A stretch of DNA of 35,519 nt from an uncultured Fidelibacterota bacterium (GCA_913040915.1 CAJWHW010000023.1:1-35519); one strand, 5' to 3'; numbered from the stretch's first letter, positions 1-10,088 are shown. The notes: generated from the sequence alone by a model not told the origin. Made by a program: numbers and translations.

Positions 1-1447
1 TTTCATTCTTCCATGCTTTTTGATTAACAAAGACATTCAATAGAATACGACTATTAGAGGGAATATTATCTATCACGGTTTTTAAATATTCATCGGTATC
101 CGACTCATCAATTTGAATTGATTTAAAGTTTAAACCTGACTTTTTTAATCCCTTGGTAACATTAGAAAGAGAATGATTATTTTTTGAGTCATAGATGTCC
201 ATTACAAAAAGGTGCGAATTACTATCTGAAGCTAAAGGAATTAGATCTAAGTTATTCTTTACACATGTAATTGCTTCTGATGCAATTTGACTTGCTATGG
301 ATTTGTTTTCCTCTTTATTTAAAATTTTTCTCGCATGAGCACTAGATAATATCGCTGTATGATGTAAACCAACCTTTTGTTTCAGTTTTAACATTTTTAA
401 TGCGGCAGAATTAATTCTAGTGATTGGTATCTCGTTTCTTAATACAGCCTGCTCAATAATATCAATAGAACCTTTTAAGTCATAATTTTGAATCACAACG
501 TCGCTTCCAGCTTTAATAGTTTCAACCAGAGCAAATGCATCTGAATAATTTTTTACTATGCCTCCCATACCCATTCCATCAGTTATGACAACTCCCTTAA
601 ATCCAATTTTTTCCCTCAATATTGTCTGAATCCAAAAAGAATCAAGTGATGCAGGAGAATCCGATTCTTTTTGAAATTCAGGTGCGTGAATATGTGCTAC
701 CATTATTGCATCAACGCCTGCATCAGACATAGCTTGAAAAGGTGCAATTTCTACCGTCCATAGTCGTGATGAATCACTGGGGATCATAGCAAGAGAAGAA
801 TGTGAGTCTGTTTCTGTATCACCATGTCCTGGAAAATGCTTTGCTGTTGCCAGCATACCGTTATCCTGCAGTCCTTTCATATATGGCACTGCATATCTTT
901 CAACTATCTCTGCATTTTCTCCAAAAGAACGGGTATTAATGATTGGATTCGCCGGATTATTATTAACATCCACTACTGGAGATAAATTCCATTGGATCCC
1001 TACAGCACGAGACTCTTCGGCAACTATTTTACCTACTAGATATGCGTTCTCCGGATTACCTGTTGCTGCGATAGCCATCATTGGAGGAAAATCAGTTCCG
1101 GAAGGAAATCGTTGATTTAAACCATACTCAATATCTGCATCTAAAATTATTGGGATTCTTGATTTATTCTGAATTTCATTGATGTAGATCAAAGAACTAC
1201 TTGCATCACCAGACCATAAATGGATTCCACCGATTCCATCTGTTTTAATTAACTGAATAATCTCATCCCATTTTTTTTCTGAGATATCTTTAAAACGCAT
1301 ATTCATACGAAAAATCATCATCTGAGCGATTTTTTCACGCAATGATAATTGACTCAATGTACTTTCGGCCCAGTTTTTCGGGCTTCTCGGTGCAATTGTA
1401 CATCCTGCAAAGAAAATTATCAATATGAATAAAGTAAGCTTTTTCAT
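1..1447 (-). CDS. GH3 beta-N-acetylglucosaminidase (NagZ-like), predicted lipoprotein; 3' end runs off the left edge of the window
   Basis: Not in the ORF track. Manual translation from ATG at 1447 gives MKKLTLFILIIFFAGC (lipobox), then LSLREKIAQMM, AKHFPGHGDTETDSH (NagZ motif with Asp-His dyad) and GFKGVVITDGMGMG (nucleophile Asp). Confidence 0.9.
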   Translation of the reverse strand, partial: MKKLTLFILIIFFAGCTIAPRSPKNWAESTLSQLSLREKIAQMMIFRMNMRFKDISEKKWDEIIQLIKTDGIGGIHLWSGDASSSLIYINEIQNKSRIPIILDADIEYGLNQRFPSGTDFPPMMAIAATGNPENAYLVGKIVAEESRAVGIQWNLSPVVDVNNNPANPIINTRSFGENAEIVERYAVPYMKGLQDNGMLATAKHFPGHGDTETDSHSSLAMIPSDSSRLWTVEIAPFQAMSDAGVDAIMVAHIHAPEFQKESDSPASLDSFWIQTILREKIGFKGVVITDGMGMGGIVKNYSDAFALVETIKAGSDVVIQNYDLKGSIDIIEQAVLRNEIPITRINSAALKMLKLKQKVGLHHTAILSSAHARKILNKEENKSIASQIASEAITCVKNNLDLIPLASDSNSHLFVMDIYDSKNNHSLSNVTKGLKKSGLNFKSIQIDESDTDEYLKTVIDNIPSNSRILLNVFVNQKAWKNE

Positions 1448-1561
1448 AAAATAAATAATTATTCAAATAAATGGATGCGATATTACATACCGTTTATTTT
1501 TGAACCTAAAATTTGTATACTTTCTATGAAGAATTTAATTTTTTTAATTTAGTTTTTCCTG

Positions 1562-2605
1562 ATGTCACAAACCATTGAACAACTTGTTGGTCAACTCACC
1601 ATCGCCGGATTCCGCGGTAAAGATGCAAATCCCGATTCGTCAGTTGCAGGCTTTATTCAAGATTACAATATAGGTGGTGTCATATTATATGATGAAGATT
1701 TAGAGTATAAACAGCTGGGCTCTAGGAATATCAATAGTCCGCAACAACTAAGTCAATTAACCCAAGATCTACAATCCTTATCATCTTTCCCTCTATTAAT
1801 TACAATTGATCAAGAAGGCGGGGAAGTTAATCGCTTGAAATCTGATTACGGATTTCCCGAATGTCCTGATTGGCAACATTTTGGATTGTTAAATAATACA
1901 CTTATGACTCAGCAATATTCTGAAATTTTAGGAGAAACACTGTTATCATCTGGCATAAATGTAAATTTTGCTCCCGTCTTAGATTTGGATTACGGTAATG
2001 ATTCCGTCATTGGTAAATTAAAACGTTCAATTTCAACAATACCTGAAATAGCTATAACTCATTCAAAAATTCTCATTCAAGAATTAAAAGAACGTAATAT
2101 CATTTCTTGTGGAAAACATTTCCCAGGGCAAGGTTCTGCATCAAGTGATACACATGAAGGATTTACTGATATTTCAGAAACTTGGACGGTGAAAGATCTA
2201 TTACCTTTTGATAAATTAATCCAATCCGGTGATCTAGATATGATCATGGTTGCTCATACATTTGATGAAAAATTAGATCCAAAATATCCGGCATCACTTT
2301 CAAAAAAGATTATTACAAATGTTCTACGGAATGATCTTGGATTTTCCGGCGTGGTTATTTGCGATGATCCCAGTATGAAAGCTATTTCTGATAATTATGA
2401 TTTGGAAACTACCTTTGAACTCATGCTAAATGCTGGAGTTGATTTGTTTTGCTTTGGTAATAATTTGTATTATGATGCTGATTATTTTCCACAATGTGTT
2501 AAAGTAATGGCATCTCTTATTAAATCTGGAAAGATTAAGGAAAATCGAATTCATGAATCAATTGCCCGGATTGATTCTTTAAAAAAGAAATATGGAATCA
2601 TTTAA
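1562..2605 (+). CDS. nagZ: GH3 N-terminal-domain beta-N-acetylhexosaminidase (NagZ-like), no signal peptide
   Basis: Motifs IDQEGGEVNRL, NFAPVLD, KHFPGQGSASSDTH, PASLS and GFSGVVICDD; single-domain length of 347 aa. Confidence 0.88.
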   Translation: MSQTIEQLVGQLTIAGFRGKDANPDSSVAGFIQDYNIGGVILYDEDLEYKQLGSRNINSPQQLSQLTQDLQSLSSFPLLITIDQEGGEVNRLKSDYGFPECPDWQHFGLLNNTLMTQQYSEILGETLLSSGINVNFAPVLDLDYGNDSVIGKLKRSISTIPEIAITHSKILIQELKERNIISCGKHFPGQGSASSDTHEGFTDISETWTVKDLLPFDKLIQSGDLDMIMVAHTFDEKLDPKYPASLSKKIITNVLRNDLGFSGVVICDDPSMKAISDNYDLETTFELMLNAGVDLFCFGNNLYYDADYFPQCVKVMASLIKSGKIKENRIHESIARIDSLKKKYGII

Positions 2606-3575
2606 CTCCAGAATTATTCTAGGAATAGACTGTGGAGCTACCAAAATTTTGGCACAACCTGTTTCTATTGATCCCATCAGTAAAAATGTATCTCCAGTTG
2701 ATAATCTGGTAGAGATGAATTATGAGATCCACCCAGATTGGGATCCAGATTTTATTCCAGTTGATTTGGATATTCAGCGTAAGGAATTTTCTGAAAAGAC
2801 AATTAATTTAACTGAAAGTGAAAAAAAACAGGGTACCGTTATTATAAACTCGATCCGTAAAGTAATTTCCAATATTGGCTCTACATTTATCAGCATATCT
2901 GAGAATATTAAAAATGAATGGGATCTTGCAATTTGTTTTCCAGGTATAAAAAATGAAGATGGGATCAACATTATGGCAAACGGTCCTAGGATCCCTGATT
3001 TAAATAATAAAATCCCCGGAATTAAAAAAATTTATAATGATTCAGATTGTTGTGTTTTGGGTGAGTGGAAATCAGCTATAGGTAAATTATTAAATTGTGA
3101 AAATGCAATTTATATTGGTGGTGGAACAGGTATTGCTGATGGCATAATCTTGAAGGGAGAATTAATTAACTTTAATATAAGAAATGATATAAAGCGTTCA
3201 TGGGATTTAATTATGGAAAATGGTCAATCGGTTGAATCTCTGCTTTCTCCAAAAGGAATGATAAATCAATGGAATGACTCCCACTCTGAAAAGGTTTATA
3301 CTTTATCAGAACTAAATAAGAAAAAATATGCTCAAAATATTTTTAAAAAATCTGCTGATGCATTTTCATTTTTAATCCAGGATCGAATTTCCTTTTTTCA
3401 GCAATATGATATAGGAATAGAAAAAATTGTGATTGGTCAGCGTCTTGGAGAAAATTTAGCAAGTGATGATTCCCTTTTAAAAAAATTATTCGAACGTAAA
3501 ACTACAATCCCTATTCATTATTCTACAGACAGGCGGACAGCAGCTTTAGGCGCTGCTTGGAAAAAAGGATGCTAG
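2592..3575 (+). CDS. ROK-family sugar kinase (atypical)
   Basis: GIDCGATK phosphate-1 motif, FPG, YNDSDC (NDA-like), IGGGTGIADG and C-terminal AALGAA. Overlaps both neighbouring genes. Confidence 0.7.
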   Translation: MESFNSRIILGIDCGATKILAQPVSIDPISKNVSPVDNLVEMNYEIHPDWDPDFIPVDLDIQRKEFSEKTINLTESEKKQGTVIINSIRKVISNIGSTFISISENIKNEWDLAICFPGIKNEDGINIMANGPRIPDLNNKIPGIKKIYNDSDCCVLGEWKSAIGKLLNCENAIYIGGGTGIADGIILKGELINFNIRNDIKRSWDLIMENGQSVESLLSPKGMINQWNDSHSEKVYTLSELNKKKYAQNIFKKSADAFSFLIQDRISFFQQYDIGIEKIVIGQRLGENLASDDSLLKKLFERKTTIPIHYSTDRRTAALGAAWKKGC

Positions 3576-4783
3576 TAAAAGGTGCCATACCATCAAAAGA
3601 ACCTATTGTAAAAATTGGGTTGGTTCTACCGGATGATCAGAAAAAATCAATTGAGGTGGTTGACTTGAATACAAATGATCAATATACAATAGATATCTCT
3701 TTTGATGGTAAACGATTATCTGCTTCAGAGTACCAGCTTTCCTCAATACGTGCCGGACGCGGGTTTCACTGGGAGAAAGAAATTAGAATTACCATAGAAG
3801 GAGAATTGGATATCAAAGTCATTAATGGGTATTTATTTGTGACCAACTACATTCCGCTAGAAAAATATTTAGTCTGTGTAGCCACTTCAGAAATGAGTGG
3901 GGACTGCCCATCAGCACTTTTAAAAGCTCAAACTATCGCTGCCAGATCCTGGCTTTTGGCAGCTGCTGAACAAAAACATGCTAATATTGGCTTGGATGCT
4001 TGTAATGATGATTGTTGTCAGCGCTATCAAGGCAAAGAAAACATTACTGATGAAGCTTTAAGAGCAGCAAAGAATTCTCGAGGTAAAGTGGTATTATTTG
4101 ATGATGAAATTTGTGATACACGTTATTCTAAATCCTGTGGAGGAATGTCCGAACATAATGAAAATGTATGGCAGGGCAACCCGAAACCATATCTGCGTGG
4201 TGTTTTTGACAGCCCCGAATCATTGAATCCAGATCTTAGTTCCGAAATGGGATTGAGCAATTGGATTCATAAACCTTCAAGGTGCTTTTGCGACTCTCAT
4301 TTTGTTCCCATTGATCAGCTGAAAGATTATCTAGGACAGGTAGATGAATTAAAAAATTACTTCCGATGGCATATTACTTATTCACAAAATGAACTCGCTC
4401 AACTTATTTCCAAAAAGACTGGACAGTCGTTTGATTCAATCACAGCCCTTCAGCCAATTAATCGTGGTATTTCCGGACGAATTACAAACCTTAGAATTAA
4501 AGGAGAAAAAAAAGATAACCCAGTGTCTATTCAATTAAATAGTGAATATGAAATCCGCCGCGTTCTTCATCCAGAGTTTTTATACAGTTCCGCTTTCATC
4601 ATAGAAATAAATTCCACCCTAAATACTCATCTAGCTCAATTGACATTACATGGAGCTGGTTGGGGACACGGTGTTGGATTATGCCAAATCGGTGCATTGG
4701 GGATGTCTTTAAATGGAAAATCAACTCAAGAAATATTATCACATTATTTTAAATCAACTGAATTAAGAAAAATTTATGACTGA
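3569..4783 (+). CDS. SpoIID/LytB-domain lytic transglycosylase
   Basis: LEKYLVCVATSEM (catalytic Glu), LKAQTIAARS, CNDDCCQRYQG, YSKSCGG, GAGWGHGVGLCQIGA and EILSHYF. ATG at 3569, overlapping the ROK stop, is preferred over the TTG at 3557. Confidence 0.9.
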   Translation: MLVKGAIPSKEPIVKIGLVLPDDQKKSIEVVDLNTNDQYTIDISFDGKRLSASEYQLSSIRAGRGFHWEKEIRITIEGELDIKVINGYLFVTNYIPLEKYLVCVATSEMSGDCPSALLKAQTIAARSWLLAAAEQKHANIGLDACNDDCCQRYQGKENITDEALRAAKNSRGKVVLFDDEICDTRYSKSCGGMSEHNENVWQGNPKPYLRGVFDSPESLNPDLSSEMGLSNWIHKPSRCFCDSHFVPIDQLKDYLGQVDELKNYFRWHITYSQNELAQLISKKTGQSFDSITALQPINRGISGRITNLRIKGEKKDNPVSIQLNSEYEIRRVLHPEFLYSSAFIIEINSTLNTHLAQLTLHGAGWGHGVGLCQIGALGMSLNGKSTQEILSHYFKSTELRKIYD

Positions 4784-6608
4784 ATCAATTTCACTTCATT
4801 GGCTAGATTGGGTAATTATTTTACTCTATATTTTATTTTCACTGGGAGTAGGTATTTATTTTTCTAAGCGCGCAGCATCCAGTACTGAAGAATATTTTTT
4901 ATCCGGAAGATCTCTTCCATGGTGGATTGTGGGTACATCCATGGTAGCTACAACATTCGCAGCGGATACACCTTTGGCAATCACAGAGTTTGTTCGTGGA
5001 CCAGGTATATGGCAAAACTGGTTTTGGTGGAATTTATTGATGGGATCCTTATTGGGTGTTTTCCTATTCTCAAGATTATGGCGTCGCGCAGAAGTCCTTA
5101 CAGATAATGAACTTTTAGAAATTCGATATAGCGGAAAACCGGCAGCTTTTTTAAGAGCATTTAAAGCAGGATACTTTTCTATTTTATATAATTTTATTGT
5201 TATGGGTTGGGTTATTAACGCCATGGCATCAGTGGTGGCAATTATGCTGAATATTGATAAATGGACAGCCGTTTGGCTTTGTGTTTTTATTTCCTTGGTT
5301 TATGCCATCCTATCAGGGTTCTGGGGCGTAGTAGTTACAGATTTAGTCCAATTCTGTATTGCCATGTTTGGTTCAATTACACTGGCTGTTATTGCATTAA
5401 GTCATGTTGGCGGGATGGAAAATTTATTATTGAAACTTTCAGCATTACTTGATTCAGATACAGTTCATGAGAACACATTGAAGTTTATTCCACCTGTTCC
5501 GAAAGCAGCATTATCATCATCTGCATTTTGGGAATCTCCTTTTTCCAAATTTTTAATTTTTATTAGTGTAATGTGGTGGAGCCATCATGGTACAGACGGT
5601 GGTGGTTATATTATACAAAGGATGTCATCTGCAAAAAATGAACGTCATGCATTACTTGCTACACTTTGGTACAATTTAGCCCATTATTCCCTGCGGGTTT
5701 GGCCATGGATCATTGTTGCGGTGGTTTCCATTGTCATGTTTCCGATAATACCTGAATCTTATTCAGACTTAGGTGTAAAAGCCGGTTATCCTTTGGTGAT
5801 GAATACCTTGTTGGGACCTGGCCTAAAAGGGATTTTAATTGTATCATTTTTAGCAGCATTTATGTCTACTATCGATACACACTTAAATTGGGGCGCTTCC
5901 TATTTGATCAATGATATATATAAAAGATTTTTTCAACCAAATAGATCAGAACAGCACTACGTAGTTATAGGAAAAATTTTCACAGTCATTCTGATGATAT
6001 TGGCAGCTTTTACTGCATTGAAAATGCAAAGTATTTCAAAAGCATGGGAATTCATTTTTTCTATGGGAGCAGGTATAGGATTGGTCCTTATATTAAGATG
6101 GTTTTGGTGGCGAGTGAATGCCTGGAGTGAAATAACTGCCTTGGCCACATCAATCACCATAACAATTATTTTAGAACTGATTGCATGGAATCAGACAGTT
6201 GCTACCGGGAATTCTTATTCTTTATTTAGTACGTCTCCTGTTTTATTTGGGATCTCTCTGCAGGTCCATCATAAACTAATGATAATTGTTCCCTTCGCAA
6301 TCATATCATGGATAACTGCTACATTTGCAACAAAACCAGAGCCCATGGATAGATTAAAATTATTCTATGAGCGAGTTCAACCAGGTGGTTGGTGGGATCC
6401 AGTTGCATCTGGATTTAACCACACACTTCAGCCCGTAAGTCATGGTTTTTTCATACAATGGATTGCAGGGATATTTATGATATATGGTTTTACATTTGGA
6501 ATAGGTAATTTTATCTTTCATCAGTGGAGCTATTCAGTTTTATGCTTTGGTTCTGCCTTGATTGGATCCTATTTAGTCTGGAATCGATCACTTTCAAATT
6601 TGAATTGA
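4776..6608 (+). CDS. Sodium:solute symporter (SSS/SLC5 family)
   Basis: EYFLSGRSLPWW, SMVATTFAADTP, GVVVTDLVQF, QRMSSAKNE and AAFMSTIDT; many hydrophobic helices. Confidence 0.92.
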   Translation: MTESISLHWLDWVIILLYILFSLGVGIYFSKRAASSTEEYFLSGRSLPWWIVGTSMVATTFAADTPLAITEFVRGPGIWQNWFWWNLLMGSLLGVFLFSRLWRRAEVLTDNELLEIRYSGKPAAFLRAFKAGYFSILYNFIVMGWVINAMASVVAIMLNIDKWTAVWLCVFISLVYAILSGFWGVVVTDLVQFCIAMFGSITLAVIALSHVGGMENLLLKLSALLDSDTVHENTLKFIPPVPKAALSSSAFWESPFSKFLIFISVMWWSHHGTDGGGYIIQRMSSAKNERHALLATLWYNLAHYSLRVWPWIIVAVVSIVMFPIIPESYSDLGVKAGYPLVMNTLLGPGLKGILIVSFLAAFMSTIDTHLNWGASYLINDIYKRFFQPNRSEQHYVVIGKIFTVILMILAAFTALKMQSISKAWEFIFSMGAGIGLVLILRWFWWRVNAWSEITALATSITITIILELIAWNQTVATGNSYSLFSTSPVLFGISLQVHHKLMIIVPFAIISWITATFATKPEPMDRLKLFYERVQPGGWWDPVASGFNHTLQPVSHGFFIQWIAGIFMIYGFTFGIGNFIFHQWSYSVLCFGSALIGSYLVWNRSLSNLN

Positions 6609-6642
6609 TATTCTTATCTAAACTCTTTATATAAAAATTATT

Positions 6643-7755
6643 ATGTCAGAACCTAGAAGGATATATTCTATTGATATATTTCGTGGCATTACCATTTCCC
6701 TAATGATTCTCGTAAATAATCCCGGAAGTTGGGGGCACGTCTATTCTCCCTTACTTCATGCCAAATGGCATGGATGTACTTTAACAGATCTCGTATTTCC
6801 ATTTTTTTTATTTATTGTTGGTGCTTCTATGCGGTTTGCATTTGTTCGCTGGCACTATTACCCATCAAAAGAATTTCACAAACATCTATTTTGGCGGGCA
6901 TTCTCTATTTTTATGGTTGGATGGTTTATCCATGCTTTTCCTTTTATACGACAAGATTGGGATTGGTCCAACTTTAGATATATGGGTGTTCTTCAACGTA
7001 TCGGCATTGCTTATTTTATTTCAGGGATTCTTATAATCCGATATGATTTCAAAAAACTACTGCCGATTTTAATTGGTATTTTATTTTTTTATTGGGGCAT
7101 CCTTTGGCTTGGAGGATCTAATGGCCCCTATAGCTTAGAAAATAATTTTGTTCGTAAGGTAGATATCTGGTTTATGGGCGAAAATCATCTTTATAAAGGT
7201 TTTGGAATACCTTTTGATCCGGAGGGTATATTCAGTACGATCCCTAGTGTCGGTACAGTGTTAATCGGGTATTTGATGGGTGGAATGTTGCACACTACTA
7301 AAAATTACACGGATTGTGCTAAACGAATGTCAATATTCGGCATAAGTATTATACTTATTGGATGGCTTTGGGGATTTATTTTTCCTATCAACAAAGCCCT
7401 TTGGACCAGCTCTTATGTTTTATTTACTGGCGGTATTGCTGCTTTGGTTTTGTCAGTGCTCACTTGGCTTATAGATATTAAAAATTGGAAAAAACCATTC
7501 TGGGTTTTTGAAGTTTTTGGTACCAATTCCATATTTGTTTTTGTTGTTTCTGGTCTTTGGGTAAAAACTATTTTAGCAAAGAAAATGGAATTAAATGGTG
7601 AAACTGTTAATGCATATAATTACTTGTACAAAACCGTATTTGTTCCTATGGCTGGCGATTTAAATGGATCTCTTCTGTTTGCCATTTCTCATGTTATAGG
7701 ATTTTGGCTGGTACTATATTGGATGTATCGTAAAAACATAAAGATTAAGCTATAA
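6643..7755 (+). CDS. NagX/HGSNAT-like (DUF5009) membrane protein
   Basis: RIYSIDIFRG, MILVNNPGSW, HAKWHG, DLVFPFFLFIVG, GVLQRI, FDPEG and PINKALWTSSYVL. Confidence 0.9.
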   Translation: MSEPRRIYSIDIFRGITISLMILVNNPGSWGHVYSPLLHAKWHGCTLTDLVFPFFLFIVGASMRFAFVRWHYYPSKEFHKHLFWRAFSIFMVGWFIHAFPFIRQDWDWSNFRYMGVLQRIGIAYFISGILIIRYDFKKLLPILIGILFFYWGILWLGGSNGPYSLENNFVRKVDIWFMGENHLYKGFGIPFDPEGIFSTIPSVGTVLIGYLMGGMLHTTKNYTDCAKRMSIFGISIILIGWLWGFIFPINKALWTSSYVLFTGGIAALVLSVLTWLIDIKNWKKPFWVFEVFGTNSIFVFVVSGLWVKTILAKKMELNGETVNAYNYLYKTVFVPMAGDLNGSLLFAISHVIGFWLVLYWMYRKNIKIKL

Positions 7756-7756
7756 A

Positions 7757-8656
7757 ATGAAATTTATTTTAAGCATTTTGTTAATTACATCAATTTCTAT
7801 TTCGAATAACGGACCATTTGTCGTTGTCTTGGGCATTGCTCAAGACGGTGGTGCACCCCACGCAAATTGCCAAAAATTCTGTTGTAAAAATCTATGGGAT
7901 GGAATTAATTCTGAAAAAGTTTCTTCTATTGGGGTCATTAACCCTAAAACTGGAGAATCTTGGATCATAGATGCTACACCGGATTTTCCGGCACAACATA
8001 AAATTATTACCCATAACTATCAAACTCAATTGGCAGGCATTTTTCTTACCCATGCTCACATCGGTCACTATACAGGTTTAATTTATTTAGGCAAGGAAGT
8101 CATGGATGCTAAAATGGTACCTGTATTCATTATGCCAAAGATGAAATCATTTTTAGAATCCAATGGACCTTGGAATCAATTAGTATCCCTGGAAAATATC
8201 GAATTAATTACATTAAGAAATAATAGGTTTAGAAAATTGGCAGATGATTTATTTATAGAACCATTTTTAGTGCCGCACAGAGATGAATATTCTGAGACGG
8301 TTGGATACAAAATTATGGGACCAAATGCTTCGCTATTATATATCCCTGATATTGATAAATGGGACAAATGGGATCAAGAAATTTTTGAAGTGATTCAACA
8401 TGTAGATGTCGCTTTAATTGATGGTACCTTTTTTTCACAGGATGAAATTCCCCATCGTGATATGAATGAAATTCCTCATCCTTTTATTACTGAAACGATG
8501 AAACATCTTTTCAACTTAAATACCTCGAATCGCAATAAAATTTATTTTACACATTTTAATCATTCTAATCCTGCAATCCGGGATGGTGCTGCCGTAAATC
8601 AAATTAGATCAAATCGGTTTAATGTAGCGCGGGAAGGAATTATTTTCGATTTATAG
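7757..8656 (+). CDS. Metallo-beta-lactamase-fold hydrolase, PqqB-like, probable signal peptide
   Basis: LGIAQDGGAPHANC..CC, IDATPD, THAHIGHYTG, VPHRDE, IDGTF and THFNHSN; hydrophobic N-terminus. Confidence 0.8.
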   Translation: MKFILSILLITSISISNNGPFVVVLGIAQDGGAPHANCQKFCCKNLWDGINSEKVSSIGVINPKTGESWIIDATPDFPAQHKIITHNYQTQLAGIFLTHAHIGHYTGLIYLGKEVMDAKMVPVFIMPKMKSFLESNGPWNQLVSLENIELITLRNNRFRKLADDLFIEPFLVPHRDEYSETVGYKIMGPNASLLYIPDIDKWDKWDQEIFEVIQHVDVALIDGTFFSQDEIPHRDMNEIPHPFITETMKHLFNLNTSNRNKIYFTHFNHSNPAIRDGAAVNQIRSNRFNVAREGIIFDL

Positions 8657-8738
8657 ATGATAAATGTGTAAAGGATACTAATCTAATTATTAATTTATTT
8701 TGGGTCTTTTTTATATATTATAGCGATTTAATAAAAAG

Positions 8739-9497
8739 ATGAAAAGAGTATTTATTACAGGTGCATCTTCAGGAATAGGAAGAGCACTGGCTTTAGCTTA
8801 CGCGAAAAAAGGAGGAACCCTTGGCCTAGCAGCCAGAAGATTAGATATACTCCGCGAAATAGCTGAAGAATGTTCTTCAATAGGTGGAACACCATTTATT
8901 TATCAATTAGATGTTCAGGATGCTAAAAAATGTAAGTCTGTTGCAGAGCAGTACATGATAGATTCAGGTGGAATTGATATTGCTATAGCCAACGCAGGTA
9001 TTGGCGGAGATGATGACCTATTTTCTGGAAATAGTAAGAAAATAAACACAATACTAAACACTAATCTTTTAGGAGTCACCAATATACTTTTTCCTTTTCT
9101 ACCTACCATGAAAAACCAAAAATCAGGTGTCATCGTGTGTATAAGCTCTGTTGCAAGTTTTACTCCTTTGCCTTACCATGGCGGCTATACCGGATCAAAA
9201 ATCGCTATCCGTATGCTTTTTGATTCTTGGCGTCCTAGGCTGGACAAATACAACATAAAATCTGTCTCTATCTGCCCGGGGTTTATTGACACTCCAATAG
9301 TAAAAGGATCTGCAAGACGATTTCCAATGAAATCAGCATATGAAGCTGCAACTCAATTTGTGGATGTGATTGATCGTAGACATTCCACCTACGTGTATCC
9401 CTGGCCATATAAAATACTCATTTTGATTATACGATTAACCCCGGAACGATTTTATAATTGGCTCATAAAAAAAATCTTCTCTAAGCCTATAAACTAA
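8739..9497 (+). CDS. Short-chain dehydrogenase/reductase
   Basis: TGASSGIG Rossmann motif, NAG, catalytic S...YTGSK (YxxxK) and PGFIDT. Confidence 0.92.
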   Translation: MKRVFITGASSGIGRALALAYAKKGGTLGLAARRLDILREIAEECSSIGGTPFIYQLDVQDAKKCKSVAEQYMIDSGGIDIAIANAGIGGDDDLFSGNSKKINTILNTNLLGVTNILFPFLPTMKNQKSGVIVCISSVASFTPLPYHGGYTGSKIAIRMLFDSWRPRLDKYNIKSVSICPGFIDTPIVKGSARRFPMKSAYEAATQFVDVIDRRHSTYVYPWPYKILILIIRLTPERFYNWLIKKIFSKPIN

Positions 9498-9517
9498 AAA
9501 ATGAATAAATTAGTTAT

Positions 9518-10084
9518 ATGAAAACAAAAATAATTTCCTTCGATCAAACAGGTATTCTATCTATTGATGACAAAAGCTTGAATATTTTTGCAATTATACT
9601 AGGCTCCTTATTAATTGCTGTTTTGGCCCAAATCTCGATTTCTATACCATTCAGTCCAATTCCTATTACAGGGCAAACAATTGGCGTTATACTTGTAGGT
9701 GGAATTTTAGGGTCAAAACGAGGTACATTAGCTGTTTTGGCTTATTTGATGGAAGGCGCACTTGGGTTTCCTGTATTCGCCCAAATGAAAGCAGGCGTTC
9801 ATGTGTTGGTTGGTCCGACAGCTGGTTATCTTTGGGGGTTTGTTTTTGCTGCTTTCTTGATTGGCTATCTTACTGAAAAAGGATGGGCAATGAAACCGAT
9901 CACAAGTTTTTTATCTTGTTTTGTCGCTACAACATTGATTTTAATTGCCGGGACACTATATCTGGCAGCATTTAAACTTGGATTTAGTAAAGCCTTGGTT
10001 ATGGGATTTTATCCATTTCTTGTTGGTGATGTTGTGAAATCTACTATTTGTGCCATTCTGATTTCAGGCCTGAGAAAAATTTAA
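9518..10084 (+). CDS. bioY: Biotin transporter BioY
   Basis: PIPITGQT, YLMEGALGFPVFA, GPTAGYLWGF and PFLVGDVVK match the BioY family. Confidence 0.92.
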   Translation: MKTKIISFDQTGILSIDDKSLNIFAIILGSLLIAVLAQISISIPFSPIPITGQTIGVILVGGILGSKRGTLAVLAYLMEGALGFPVFAQMKAGVHVLVGPTAGYLWGFVFAAFLIGYLTEKGWAMKPITSFLSCFVATTLILIAGTLYLAAFKLGFSKALVMGFYPFLVGDVVKSTICAILISGLRKI

Positions 10085-10088
10085 CTCA

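Noticed and set aside
7757..8656. PQQ biosynthesis cluster
   Set aside because: No pqqA peptide or pqqC/D/E nearby.
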